From the NCBI GenBank assembly GCA_024227565.1, contig JAAEUE010000072.1, positions 62,192 to 126,191 of the forward strand: a DNA stretch of 64,000 nucleotides, in the 5' to 3' direction. This stretch comes from Alphaproteobacteria bacterium (GTDB lineage Bacteria > Pseudomonadota > Alphaproteobacteria > Rhizobiales > CAJQND01). The translations under genes were made by a program, and so were the position numbers. Below are positions 28,080 through 36,943 of this stretch, in pieces. Position 1 is the stretch's first letter. Each line of letters starts with the position of its first letter. The notes beneath the pieces are model-generated. The model ran no database searches, was not told the DNA's origin, and worked only from the letters and a program-made list of their open reading frames with translations.

Positions 28080-28781
28080 TCAAGCCTTTTGCTCAGCAGT
28101 GCCGGCGGTCTGGTTGAACAGGTTCTTGCGCTCGTCCTCTGAGGGCGGTGCTGAGCGGCGAAACTCCTTGCCCAGATCCACACCCTTCTGCACCGCCGGG
28201 CGGTCTTTCACCGCCGCACGCCAGCGCACCACATTGGGAAATTCATCCAACGGCTGGCCCATGGCCTTGGCGATCAACACCCAGGGCCAGGAGATCATGT
28301 CTGCAATGGAATACTCATCGCCCAGAATAAACGCCCGGTCCTCCAAGCGCCTGTCCAGAACACCCAGACAGCGATGATATTCGTTCTTATAACGGTCGTG
28401 GCCGTAGGTTTCCTCCTTCGGCGCATAGTTGACAAAATGGCTGTACTGCCCGGCCATGGGCCCCAGATTGCCCACCTGCCAGAACAGCCACTCCAGCGTC
28501 TCTTTGCGGCCCAGAGGGTCGGTCGGCATGAAGCGCCCATGTTTCTCGGCCAGATAGAACATGATCGCGCCGGATTCAAAGATCGCGACCGGTTCGCCCT
28601 CCACCTCATGATCGACAATCGCCGGCATGCGGTGGTTCGGGCTGATGGCCAGAAACTCCGGCTTGAACTGATCGCCCTGGCCGATGTTCACCGGGATCGT
28701 GTTGTAGGCCACCCCAAGCTCTTCCAGCAGAATGGAAACCTTCCAGCCGTTCGGGGTCGGCCAATAATAAAAATCTATCAT
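28080..28781 (-). CDS. Glutathione S-transferase, YfcG/YghU-like
   Basis: YYWPTPNGWKVSI, ISPNHRMPAI, FESGAI. Confidence 0.92.
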   Translation of the reverse strand: MIDFYYWPTPNGWKVSILLEELGVAYNTIPVNIGQGDQFKPEFLAISPNHRMPAIVDHEVEGEPVAIFESGAIMFYLAEKHGRFMPTDPLGRKETLEWLFWQVGNLGPMAGQYSHFVNYAPKEETYGHDRYKNEYHRCLGVLDRRLEDRAFILGDEYSIADMISWPWVLIAKAMGQPLDEFPNVVRWRAAVKDRPAVQKGVDLGKEFRRSAPPSEDERKNLFNQTAGTAEQKA

Positions 28782-28787
28782 GTTGCC

Positions 28788-29984
28788 CTACCCTGCCTTG
28801 GCCTGGCGGGCTGCGCCGCCTGCTTCTAGTTCTGCGATTTCTTCTGACGTAAACCCGTGCTCTGCAAGGATCTCCCGGGTCTGCCCGCCCAGCAAAGGGG
28901 CACCGTGACGGTGTTCTGCCCCGGTGACGGAAAACTGTGCCGGCGTCCGGGTATGGCGCAGGCGCCCCGCCACCGGGTGGTCGGTCTCAACCACAATGCC
29001 GTTCGCCTCGATCTGCGGATGATTGATCATCTCGCGCCGGGTCAGCACCGGCGCGCACGGCACATCCTGGCCCTCCAGCAGCTCCAGCCAGTCAGCCGTG
29101 CTCTTTTGCTTCAAGATCTCCTGGATCAACTGAAGGCGCGCATCCTTGTTCATCTCGCGGCCCTCGGCGGTTTTGAACCGTTCGTCATCCAGAATATCAA
29201 GACGCTCAGCGGCCCGCGCAAAACCTTCCCACTCTTTGTTCTGCATCACCGCAACGCTCACATAGCCATCAGTCGTCTCGTAGATCAGATCGATGAACGA
29301 CTGCGCCCGTTCGGTTGAGCTTTCCTGGCCCACAAACGTGTGGCCGCCCATGTCGGAACTCCACAGGAAGGCCACCACAGTGTCGATCATCGACAGGCGC
29401 ACGTGCTGGCCGATCCCAGTGCGTTCGCGCGACAAAAGGGCAGCGGTGATGGCTTGCGAGGCCTGAATGCCGGTGAGCTTGTCGGGAAGGATGGTGCGCA
29501 CCAGGCGCGGGCGCTGTTCATCCGAACCGCCTTGCACCGTGGTCAGGCCCGACACCGCCTGGATGAGCGGATCAAACACCGGTTTTTGCGCATAGGGCCC
29601 CTCAAAGCCAAAGCCGGAAATGGAAACATAGATGATCTGCGGATTGACCGCGCGCACCGCCTCTTCGCCCACACCAATGCGCTCGGCCACACCGGGCCGG
29701 AAGTTCTGCACGATCACGTCTGCATCGGCCAAAAGCCGCTTCAATGCGGCCAGACCCTGTTGCGATTTCAGATTGAGAACGATGGAGCGCTTGTTGCGGT
29801 TGTTGTTGAGGAACGAGGCGGAAAAGCCCCCACGGCGCGTGGCCACGTGGCGGGCATGGTCGCCTTGAGGCGCCTCAACCTTGATCACATCGGCGCCCTG
29901 ATCGCCCAGGATCAAGGTCGACATCGGGCCTGAAATCATCGATGTGAGATCGATTACCTTAAAACCATCGAGGGGGCCGGGCAT
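28788..29984 (-). CDS. CaiB/BaiF family III CoA-transferase
   Basis: GADVIKVE, NRNKRSIVLNLK, QNFRPG, SISGFG. Confidence 0.92.
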   Translation of the reverse strand: MPGPLDGFKVIDLTSMISGPMSTLILGDQGADVIKVEAPQGDHARHVATRRGGFSASFLNNNRNKRSIVLNLKSQQGLAALKRLLADADVIVQNFRPGVAERIGVGEEAVRAVNPQIIYVSISGFGFEGPYAQKPVFDPLIQAVSGLTTVQGGSDEQRPRLVRTILPDKLTGIQASQAITAALLSRERTGIGQHVRLSMIDTVVAFLWSSDMGGHTFVGQESSTERAQSFIDLIYETTDGYVSVAVMQNKEWEGFARAAERLDILDDERFKTAEGREMNKDARLQLIQEILKQKSTADWLELLEGQDVPCAPVLTRREMINHPQIEANGIVVETDHPVAGRLRHTRTPAQFSVTGAEHRHGAPLLGGQTREILAEHGFTSEEIAELEAGGAARQAKAG

Positions 29985-30103
29985 GCGCGGGGTCCTTCAC
30001 AGAGCCATCAAACGAAGCGTACACTATTGCAACAGCGCAAGTGCGGTACAAACACAAACTTGTCAGCCGTTCGTCTGATCACACTTTGAAGTGCCCCAGC
30101 CCC

Positions 30104-31012
30104 ATGTTGCCGATATTTCGCCCGATCAAAACAGCTGACCTGCAGAACATTGCCCGGGTGTTTGTTGCCAGTTTGAACCAGCGGCACCTGGAAACAGGCC
30201 TGGCGCCAATTGTGGACCTGTCAGATGAAACAGCCTGGAACACCATGTGGGAAGCCGAGCGCCGCCCCTTGTTTGAGCATGTTTCGGCCCACGCCGCAGT
30301 GGGCTGGCTGGCGGAAGATGACGGCGAGGTGTTGGGATACGCCCGGTCGATACAACGCGATGACGTTTGCCAGTTGACCGACTTTTTCGTGCTGCCCGGC
30401 AGGCAACACGCTGGTTTGGGGCGCGAGCTTTTGAGCCGGGCATTCGAGCAGGTGGAGAGCCCCTCCCGGCTCATTTTGGCAAACAGCAATCCGGCCGCAC
30501 TTTCAAGATACATGCGCGCGGGGGTTTATCCCATGTGCACGATCTTCGACTTTGAACGAAAGGCCAGGCCCGTCTCTGTCGAAACAGATCTGGAGGTTGG
30601 TTCCCTGCCCTCCGAAGCCGAAGAGCTTGAGGCTCTCAATCAGATCGACAAATCCCTGCTGGGCTACACCAGGCCGCAAGAGCACACATGGCTGGCTGAA
30701 CAACGCAGCCGGCTCATGTTTTTCCGCAACGGCACACCCGCAGGGTATGGCTATGCGGGCCGATGGAGCGGCCCCCTAGCGGCGCTGGACGACAACGACA
30801 TGCCGGCAATCATGGCCCAAATTGAAACCAATGCAGCGAAGAGTGATGCCACCTTCGGCGTAATGGTGCCGCTGGCCAACCGAACAGCCATGACCTATCT
30901 GATCGATCAGGGCTTCCACCTCGACACGGGTCACACAATGTATTTTATGGCTGATTTCACGCCGCCCGGCTTGGATCGGTACATTCTTTCAATGCCCGGT
31001 TTTTTCACCTGA
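30104..31012 (+). CDS. GNAT family acetyltransferase
   Basis: FFVLPGRQHAGLGRELL acetyl-CoA motif; probable second degenerate GNAT domain; start uncertain. Confidence 0.8.
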   Translation: MLPIFRPIKTADLQNIARVFVASLNQRHLETGLAPIVDLSDETAWNTMWEAERRPLFEHVSAHAAVGWLAEDDGEVLGYARSIQRDDVCQLTDFFVLPGRQHAGLGRELLSRAFEQVESPSRLILANSNPAALSRYMRAGVYPMCTIFDFERKARPVSVETDLEVGSLPSEAEELEALNQIDKSLLGYTRPQEHTWLAEQRSRLMFFRNGTPAGYGYAGRWSGPLAALDDNDMPAIMAQIETNAAKSDATFGVMVPLANRTAMTYLIDQGFHLDTGHTMYFMADFTPPGLDRYILSMPGFFT

Positions 31013-31029
31013 AATCTGGGCGCCGGCCT

Positions 31030-31974
31030 CTATTCCGTGGTCGTTTCGGCAACCGGTTGGGTCAATTGACGGTGCGGCGGCGGCGGAAATCTGCGGCTCC
31101 AGTTCAGCGCCATCTGCCGGCTCTGCTCTTGAATCTGCGGCGCTAAAGTTGCCGCCAATTCATTGTAACGATTGATAATTTCCGGATCCACTTCTGGCCG
31201 AGCCACGTTCTGCGCAAGGATGTACCACATCATGGCGCGCACATCATTGAAGGGCTGATCACGCTTGGCCCAGTAGATGTCTCCAAGTTTGGCCAGGGCC
31301 TGCGGGAAATGCTTTTGCGCCGACAACATGAGCCAGCGCATGCCGCGCCGGGGCCGCTTGTTGAGCCCATCGCCATCATAGAACATGGCGCCAATGCCAT
31401 ACTGGGCACCGGGGTGTTTGAATTCAGCGGCCGTGCGGAAAATCCGAAGCGCCCTCTGCGGTTGCCGCTTGAGGTTCCCACCGGGAATACCTTTTCGGTA
31501 GTAACGCCCCACGTGCACAAGCGAATCCAGTTTCGCCCCCATGAGCGGTCCTGGCGGCTCTCGCCCGTCAAATGCCAGCGCCGCTCTGCGGAAATGGTTG
31601 AACGCCACCGCATCGTTCACCGGCACGCCTTGGCCCATCTGATGCATCCGCCCGAGCCACCAATGGGCCATCAGGTCGCCTTCGTCAGCGGCGGCTTTGA
31701 ACAATTGGTGCGCCTTTGCAAACTTACCGGTGCGATACGCCTTGAGCGCCTTTTCGAGGTTGGTTGCCCAAATGCGCAAATCAAAATTCGGAGAAGCCCT
31801 CTTCGCCGCCTCGCGGAACGAGAAGAACATGGATTGGCCAAAGCCAATTCCCTTCTCCTGCGCTGCAAGAGGACCACATGCCGCCAGATAGACTCCACCC
31901 GCTAGCGCAACACAGATGATGCGCGGCAGAGCCCGGACAGGCCGGTTGCGGTCACATGTCGGCGTAGCAAACAA
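31030..31974 (-). CDS. Sel1-repeat exported protein, ExoR-like
   Basis: [37 protein letters not shown]; directly after ilvD. Likely TTG start at 31974 with GGAGGAG upstream. Confidence 0.8.
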   Translation of the reverse strand: MFATPTCDRNRPVRALPRIICVALAGGVYLAACGPLAAQEKGIGFGQSMFFSFREAAKRASPNFDLRIWATNLEKALKAYRTGKFAKAHQLFKAAADEGDLMAHWWLGRMHQMGQGVPVNDAVAFNHFRRAALAFDGREPPGPLMGAKLDSLVHVGRYYRKGIPGGNLKRQPQRALRIFRTAAEFKHPGAQYGIGAMFYDGDGLNKRPRRGMRWLMLSAQKHFPQALAKLGDIYWAKRDQPFNDVRAMMWYILAQNVARPEVDPEIINRYNELAATLAPQIQEQSRQMALNWSRRFPPPPHRQLTQPVAETTTE

Positions 31975-33676
31975 GCTCAGCTTCTCCTCCAGGATGGGTG
32001 ATCGCCCCCTCTCGGGCTTGACCAACGGTTTGTGCATATTTCCAAATCACGCCGGACCGGTAGTCGGTCTCGCGCGACGCCCAGGCTTTGCGCCGGGTTT
32101 CCATTTCCGCATCACTGACATCCACATCAATGGTGCCGTTCACTGCATCAATGGTGATCATGTCGCCATCTTTCAAGAGGCCGATCGGGCCGCCGACGGC
32201 CGCTTCGGGGCCCACATGGCCGATGCAGAAGCCGCGGGTTGCGCCGGAAAAACGGCCATCTGTGATCAGCGCCATCTTCTCGCCCATGCCCTGGCCATAG
32301 AGCGCCGCGGTGGTTGACAGCATCTCGCGCATGCCCGGGCCGCCCACAGGGCCCTCGTAACGGATCACCAGAACTTCGCCCTCTTCATAGGTGCGGTTGG
32401 TAACTGCCTGGAACACCTCTTCTTCGCTGTCGAAACAGCGGGCCGGACCAGTGAACTTCAGGGTGGACATGCCGGCAACCTTCACGATCGCCCCTTCAGG
32501 CGCCAGATTGCCCTTGAGGCCAACCACGCCGCCGGTCTTGGTAATCGGCTTATTAGCAGGATAGACCACATCCTGATCATCGTTCCACTTAACGCTTTCC
32601 ATGTTTTCGGCAATGGTGCGCCCGGTCACGGTCATCTCGTCACCGTGGAGAAAACCATTGTCGAGCAAGGTTTTCATAATGAGTGGAATGCCGCCCACCT
32701 CAAACATGTCCTTGGCAACATACTTTCCACCAGGTTTAAGGTCGGCGATGTAGGGGGTTTTCTTGAAGATTTTCGCCACATCCATCAGATCGAACTTGAT
32801 GCCGCACTCGTGCGCGATGGCCGGAAGGTGCAAGCCTGCGTTGGTGGACCCGCCTGACGCAGCCACAACGGCGGCGGCATTTTCCAGTGCCTTGCGGGTC
32901 ACGATATCGCGCGGGCGGATGTTGCGGGCGATCAGCTCCATGATCTGCTCACCGGCCGCCATGCAGAACTTGTCGCGCAGCTCGTATGGGGCCGGGGCGC
33001 CTGCCGAATAGGGCAGCGCCAAGCCAATCGCTTCAGATACGGTCGCCATCGTGTTGGCGGTGAACTGGGCGCCGCATGCGCCTGAACTTGGGCAGGCAAC
33101 CTCTTCCAGCTCCGTCAGGTCCTCATCCGACATATCCCCCACCGAATGGCGGCCCACCGCTTCAAACACATCCTGAATGGTGACTGGAGTGCCCCGGTAG
33201 CTGCCCGGCAGGATCGAGCCGCCGTAGATGAAGATGGACGGCACATTCAGCCGCACCATGGACATCATCATGCCCGGAAGCGATTTATCACAGCCGGCCA
33301 GCCCCACCAGGGCGTCATAGCCGTGCCCGCGCATGGTCAATTCAACCGAATCAGCAATCACCTCGCGCGACACCAGCGAGGATTTCATGCCCTGGTGGCC
33401 CATGGCGATGCCGTCGGTTACGGTGATTGTGCAAAACTCTCGGGGCGTGCCGCTTGCGGCCGCTACCCCCTTTTTGACCACCTGGGCCTGGCGCATCAGT
33501 GCGATATTGCACGGTGCAGCCTCGTTCCAGCAGGTGGCGACGCCGACAAAGGGTTGGTCGATCTGCGCCCGGGTGAGCCCCATCGCATAGTAAAACGCCC
33601 GGTGGGGCGCCCTTTGCGGACCCTGGGTCACGTGCCGGCTTGGCAGATTCTTTTTATCGAACGTCTTAGCGTCCAT
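31952..33676 (-). CDS. ilvD: Dihydroxy-acid dehydratase
   Basis: [35 protein letters not shown]. Confidence 0.97.
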   Translation of the reverse strand: MDAKTFDKKNLPSRHVTQGPQRAPHRAFYYAMGLTRAQIDQPFVGVATCWNEAAPCNIALMRQAQVVKKGVAAASGTPREFCTITVTDGIAMGHQGMKSSLVSREVIADSVELTMRGHGYDALVGLAGCDKSLPGMMMSMVRLNVPSIFIYGGSILPGSYRGTPVTIQDVFEAVGRHSVGDMSDEDLTELEEVACPSSGACGAQFTANTMATVSEAIGLALPYSAGAPAPYELRDKFCMAAGEQIMELIARNIRPRDIVTRKALENAAAVVAASGGSTNAGLHLPAIAHECGIKFDLMDVAKIFKKTPYIADLKPGGKYVAKDMFEVGGIPLIMKTLLDNGFLHGDEMTVTGRTIAENMESVKWNDDQDVVYPANKPITKTGGVVGLKGNLAPEGAIVKVAGMSTLKFTGPARCFDSEEEVFQAVTNRTYEEGEVLVIRYEGPVGGPGMREMLSTTAALYGQGMGEKMALITDGRFSGATRGFCIGHVGPEAAVGGPIGLLKDGDMITIDAVNGTIDVDVSDAEMETRRKAWASRETDYRSGVIWKYAQTVGQAREGAITHPGGEAELVCYADM

Positions 33677-34036
33677 CAAAAACCCTCAGTTTGCTGCCTC
33701 TGGTTTGAATTTTATGGGCCGAGACCTTTTCAAGCCCTTACCGTTTAAGCGACTTACGGTACACAGCCTCAATCTACTATCCTCACGCTTGGCGAACTGA
33801 CCAACTCAACGATCCACCACGTCCCGGCGCGTGCCCCAGCCCGAGCCGTGAACCAACGCTAGGAGCTATTCTGGGCACAAAAAAGATCGTTTAAGGCAAG
33901 TTTCGGTGAGCGGGCCATTCTCTGAGCGAGTGTGACGAAATTACAACAAATCTGGACATTGCAGGCATCTAGAACCAGCGTGTATGCCACTGTTGGCAGT
34001 ACGAATACGACTCACTATGAGAAAGAGGCACTGGCA

Positions 34037-35191
34037 ATGGTTGATCAACCCTGGGGATCTGTTCCAACATCTTCGTCGGTGCCGGGGGTTCCAGCGCCGG
34101 CACCGCGCAAGGAGGCCATCCGGGTCGCATTTCATGAGCAGGAAGGGCTGCTTGGGCTGACCATCATCAATTTCCTTCTGAGCATGGTGACGCTGGGGAT
34201 CTATAGTTTTTGGGGGAAAACTGCCGTCCGCCAGCACATCTGGTCGTCAATCCACATCAACGACGAACCGCTTGAATACACCGGAACCGGTTGGGAATTG
34301 TTCCTGGGCGCCATCATCGTCGGCTTACTCATTCTGGTTCCACTGGCCTTTGTGCAAATATTTGCCTCTTTCCTCTTCGCCGCTTCGGCGGTGGTTGCCG
34401 TTGTTGTTCAGGTCGCCGTGTCGGTATTCATTCTGTTTCTGGTGGGTGTTGGAACCTACCGGGCGCGGCGTTATCGCTTGAGCCGGTCGGTCTGGCGCGG
34501 CATCAGAGGCTCGCTGGCAGGATCGCCCACCAGTTTCGGAACCTCCTTCCTGCTGCGCTACGCTCTGCTTCTGCCAACCCTAGGCTGGGCCTATCCCTGG
34601 CTTCGGGTGGGCCTCAACCGCCACATCACCAACGACATGCGGTTTGGTCAGCACCCCTTCCATTTCCGGGGCTCGGCCGCACCGCTCTACTTGCCGTTCG
34701 CCACGGTCTGGATAGCCAGTGCCGTGATCATTGCCGCAGCAGGTGGTTTGCTCTGGGGCAATGCCGAGCTTGGCCTCCTGTTCGGCGGAGACGACGGCGG
34801 CTCAATCCAATCGACAGAGCAAACACTCTTCATTCTGGCGTTTCTGTTCATCGGCTTGCCCATCGTGTTCGTTGTGTCCGGCCTTCTGTGGGTTGTCTAC
34901 AAAGCTGCCGAGCTGCGCTATTTCGCCGACTGCACCACGTTCGGCGATCTTCAGTTCCAACTGAATGCAACCGTGTGGAGCCTGATCACCCTCACGCTCG
35001 GCAACATCCTCATCATGCTGTTCACGCTTGGCATCGGCCGGCCCTATGTGCAGCGCCGGCTGATCCGCTATGTGGTCGCCCGCCTGGAGACAAACGGCAC
35101 GGTGGACATCGCCGCCATCCAGCAATCCCAACAGCAGCTGGACAGCACCGGAGAAGGCCTGGCAGAGGCCTTTGACATCGATGGTTTCTGA
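34037..35191 (+). CDS. YjgN (DUF898) membrane protein
   Basis: LSMVTLGIYSFW, YTGTGWELFLG, RYRLSRSVWRGIR, FTLGIGRP, EGLAEAFD. Confidence 0.88.
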   Translation: MVDQPWGSVPTSSSVPGVPAPAPRKEAIRVAFHEQEGLLGLTIINFLLSMVTLGIYSFWGKTAVRQHIWSSIHINDEPLEYTGTGWELFLGAIIVGLLILVPLAFVQIFASFLFAASAVVAVVVQVAVSVFILFLVGVGTYRARRYRLSRSVWRGIRGSLAGSPTSFGTSFLLRYALLLPTLGWAYPWLRVGLNRHITNDMRFGQHPFHFRGSAAPLYLPFATVWIASAVIIAAAGGLLWGNAELGLLFGGDDGGSIQSTEQTLFILAFLFIGLPIVFVVSGLLWVVYKAAELRYFADCTTFGDLQFQLNATVWSLITLTLGNILIMLFTLGIGRPYVQRRLIRYVVARLETNGTVDIAAIQQSQQQLDSTGEGLAEAFDIDGF

Positions 35192-36269
35192 TCCCTCCGG
35201 CAATTACCTGGGCTACTTCAACGACGGCCAGACCGCCGCCAACCATGAGGTTGATGTGGCGTTCGGGCCAAGCGGATTGCTGTTCGGCCTCAAGGGCGCT
35301 GCGAAAGATCAACATTGGACGTATGAGGGTTTGCAGCCCGTGCGCCCGGTCCCCAAAACAGGCCCTGCTCGCCTGCGCTACGAAGGCGCGGCGGAAGCCC
35401 GGTTGATCATTGCCTCGCCGCAATTTGCCCAGCAAGTCCTGCAGCATGCGCCGCAACTGGGGACCAGCGCAGGCCACAAGACCACTGCAAAGATTGCCGC
35501 CATGTGCCTGGCCGGCATCATCGCCTTCGGGCTCTTCGGTTGGCTGATCTTGAGTGCCGCCCCGTCGACCGTGGCCACACTGATCCCGAACGCCTGGTGG
35601 CGCTATATGGGCGCTCAAATTGAAGCAACCATGATCAAGAGCGCCAAGCAGTGCAATGGGGCTGAAGGCAAGAAGGCTCTGGCCCGCATGGCCTTCAGGT
35701 TTGCAGACAATGTGGAGGCAGACACGGTCCGGGTTTACGATCTGCCGATCATCAATGCCTTCGCCATGGCCGGGGGACGGGTTGTGCTGACCCGCGGACT
35801 GATCGATGGGGCCTCCACCCCAGATGAAGTGGCCGGCGTACTGGCGCACGAGCTGGGCCACGTGAAAGCACGCCACCCAGAAGCCCAGATTGTCCGGGTG
35901 TTTGGCCTCCAGCTCATCATGAGCGCCCTTTGGGGTGGCAACGGAATGGGCGATGCCATGGCGCAGGGCGGTGCCATGCTGGCAATCTTGCGCTACACAC
36001 GCGGCGCTGAGAGCGAGGCAGATGCCATCGCGATCGAGCTCATGAAAAAGGCCAAGATCAATCCCAAGGGATTGGCAGATTTCTTTGAGTTGGTGAAAAA
36101 GCAGCCCGGCGTCAAAGTTCAGGAAAGCCTTGGGCAGATTGGCAACATCCTGAGCACCCATCCCGGCTTGGACGAACGCATCGCCAACATTGAGAAGCTC
36201 ACCGTCGGGCCAACCACCCCTGCCCTCTCCGACAAAGAGTGGGAAGCGTTGAAGGCGATCTGCAAATAA
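35181..36269 (+). CDS. M48 family metallopeptidase
   Basis: NAFAMAGG, LAHELGH (HExxH), ESEAD, LSTHP; 11 nt overlap with the yjgN-like gene. Confidence 0.9.
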   Translation: MVSDPSGNYLGYFNDGQTAANHEVDVAFGPSGLLFGLKGAAKDQHWTYEGLQPVRPVPKTGPARLRYEGAAEARLIIASPQFAQQVLQHAPQLGTSAGHKTTAKIAAMCLAGIIAFGLFGWLILSAAPSTVATLIPNAWWRYMGAQIEATMIKSAKQCNGAEGKKALARMAFRFADNVEADTVRVYDLPIINAFAMAGGRVVLTRGLIDGASTPDEVAGVLAHELGHVKARHPEAQIVRVFGLQLIMSALWGGNGMGDAMAQGGAMLAILRYTRGAESEADAIAIELMKKAKINPKGLADFFELVKKQPGVKVQESLGQIGNILSTHPGLDERIANIEKLTVGPTTPALSDKEWEALKAICK

Positions 36270-36287
36270 GGGCGCTTGCAAACCGGC

Positions 36288-36923
36288 CTAAGTTTCGGCC
36301 CGCTCAGCGGTTACGCGCGAAATGGCCTCGTCGGCGCCATGCTCGTCGGCAAGCCCCTGCACCACGCCCTGGCGGTCCTCATCGGGCCGGTTCTGGCTGA
36401 GTTTCCATTTGCCATCGAGCTGGGAAATGCAGATTTCAATGCCCACAATGCCGCGCAACATGGTCTGAACGAAGCGGTCAGGCGCATCGCTCACCCGCCA
36501 GCGCTCCGCCCGGTCTGCTTCATGCTGATCGGTCACCGCGTTGACATTGGTCAGCAGCCAGTCTGCATCCTTGATCACCTTCAAGGGCCCGCCCGCATGC
36601 ACGGTCACATAGTTCCAGGTGGGCACCACCTTGCCATGCTCCTTCTTGCTCTCATACCAAGAGGGCGTGATGTAGGCTTCGGGTCCATGAAAGATGCACA
36701 AGCCATCAACTGACGCGTCCAGCGTGGACCATTGCGGGTTCGCCCGGGCAAGGTGCCCACGCAGCGTTCCAAATGGCCCCTCGTCCGGATAAAGCACCAG
36801 CGGCACGTGGCTTGCCTGCAAACGATCGGCATTCAGGCTCACGACCGTGGCAAGCGGGTGTTCATGCATCAGCGCGTGCAATGTGGTCAGGTCGGTTTCG
36901 GCGAACGCCTCTGGCACATACAT
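36288..36923 (-). CDS. FMN-binding PaiB-family protein
   Basis: MYVP, GHLARANPQW, YITPSWY, VPTWNY, KWKLSQN. Confidence 0.92.
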   Translation of the reverse strand: MYVPEAFAETDLTTLHALMHEHPLATVVSLNADRLQASHVPLVLYPDEGPFGTLRGHLARANPQWSTLDASVDGLCIFHGPEAYITPSWYESKKEHGKVVPTWNYVTVHAGGPLKVIKDADWLLTNVNAVTDQHEADRAERWRVSDAPDRFVQTMLRGIVGIEICISQLDGKWKLSQNRPDEDRQGVVQGLADEHGADEAISRVTAERAET

Positions 36924-36943
36924 GGCAACATCCTCAAGGGTCG

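Noticed and set aside
19714-31029. Prophage or integrase-driven genomic island
   Set aside because: No integrase, transposase, phage gene, tRNA target or flanking direct repeat was seen.
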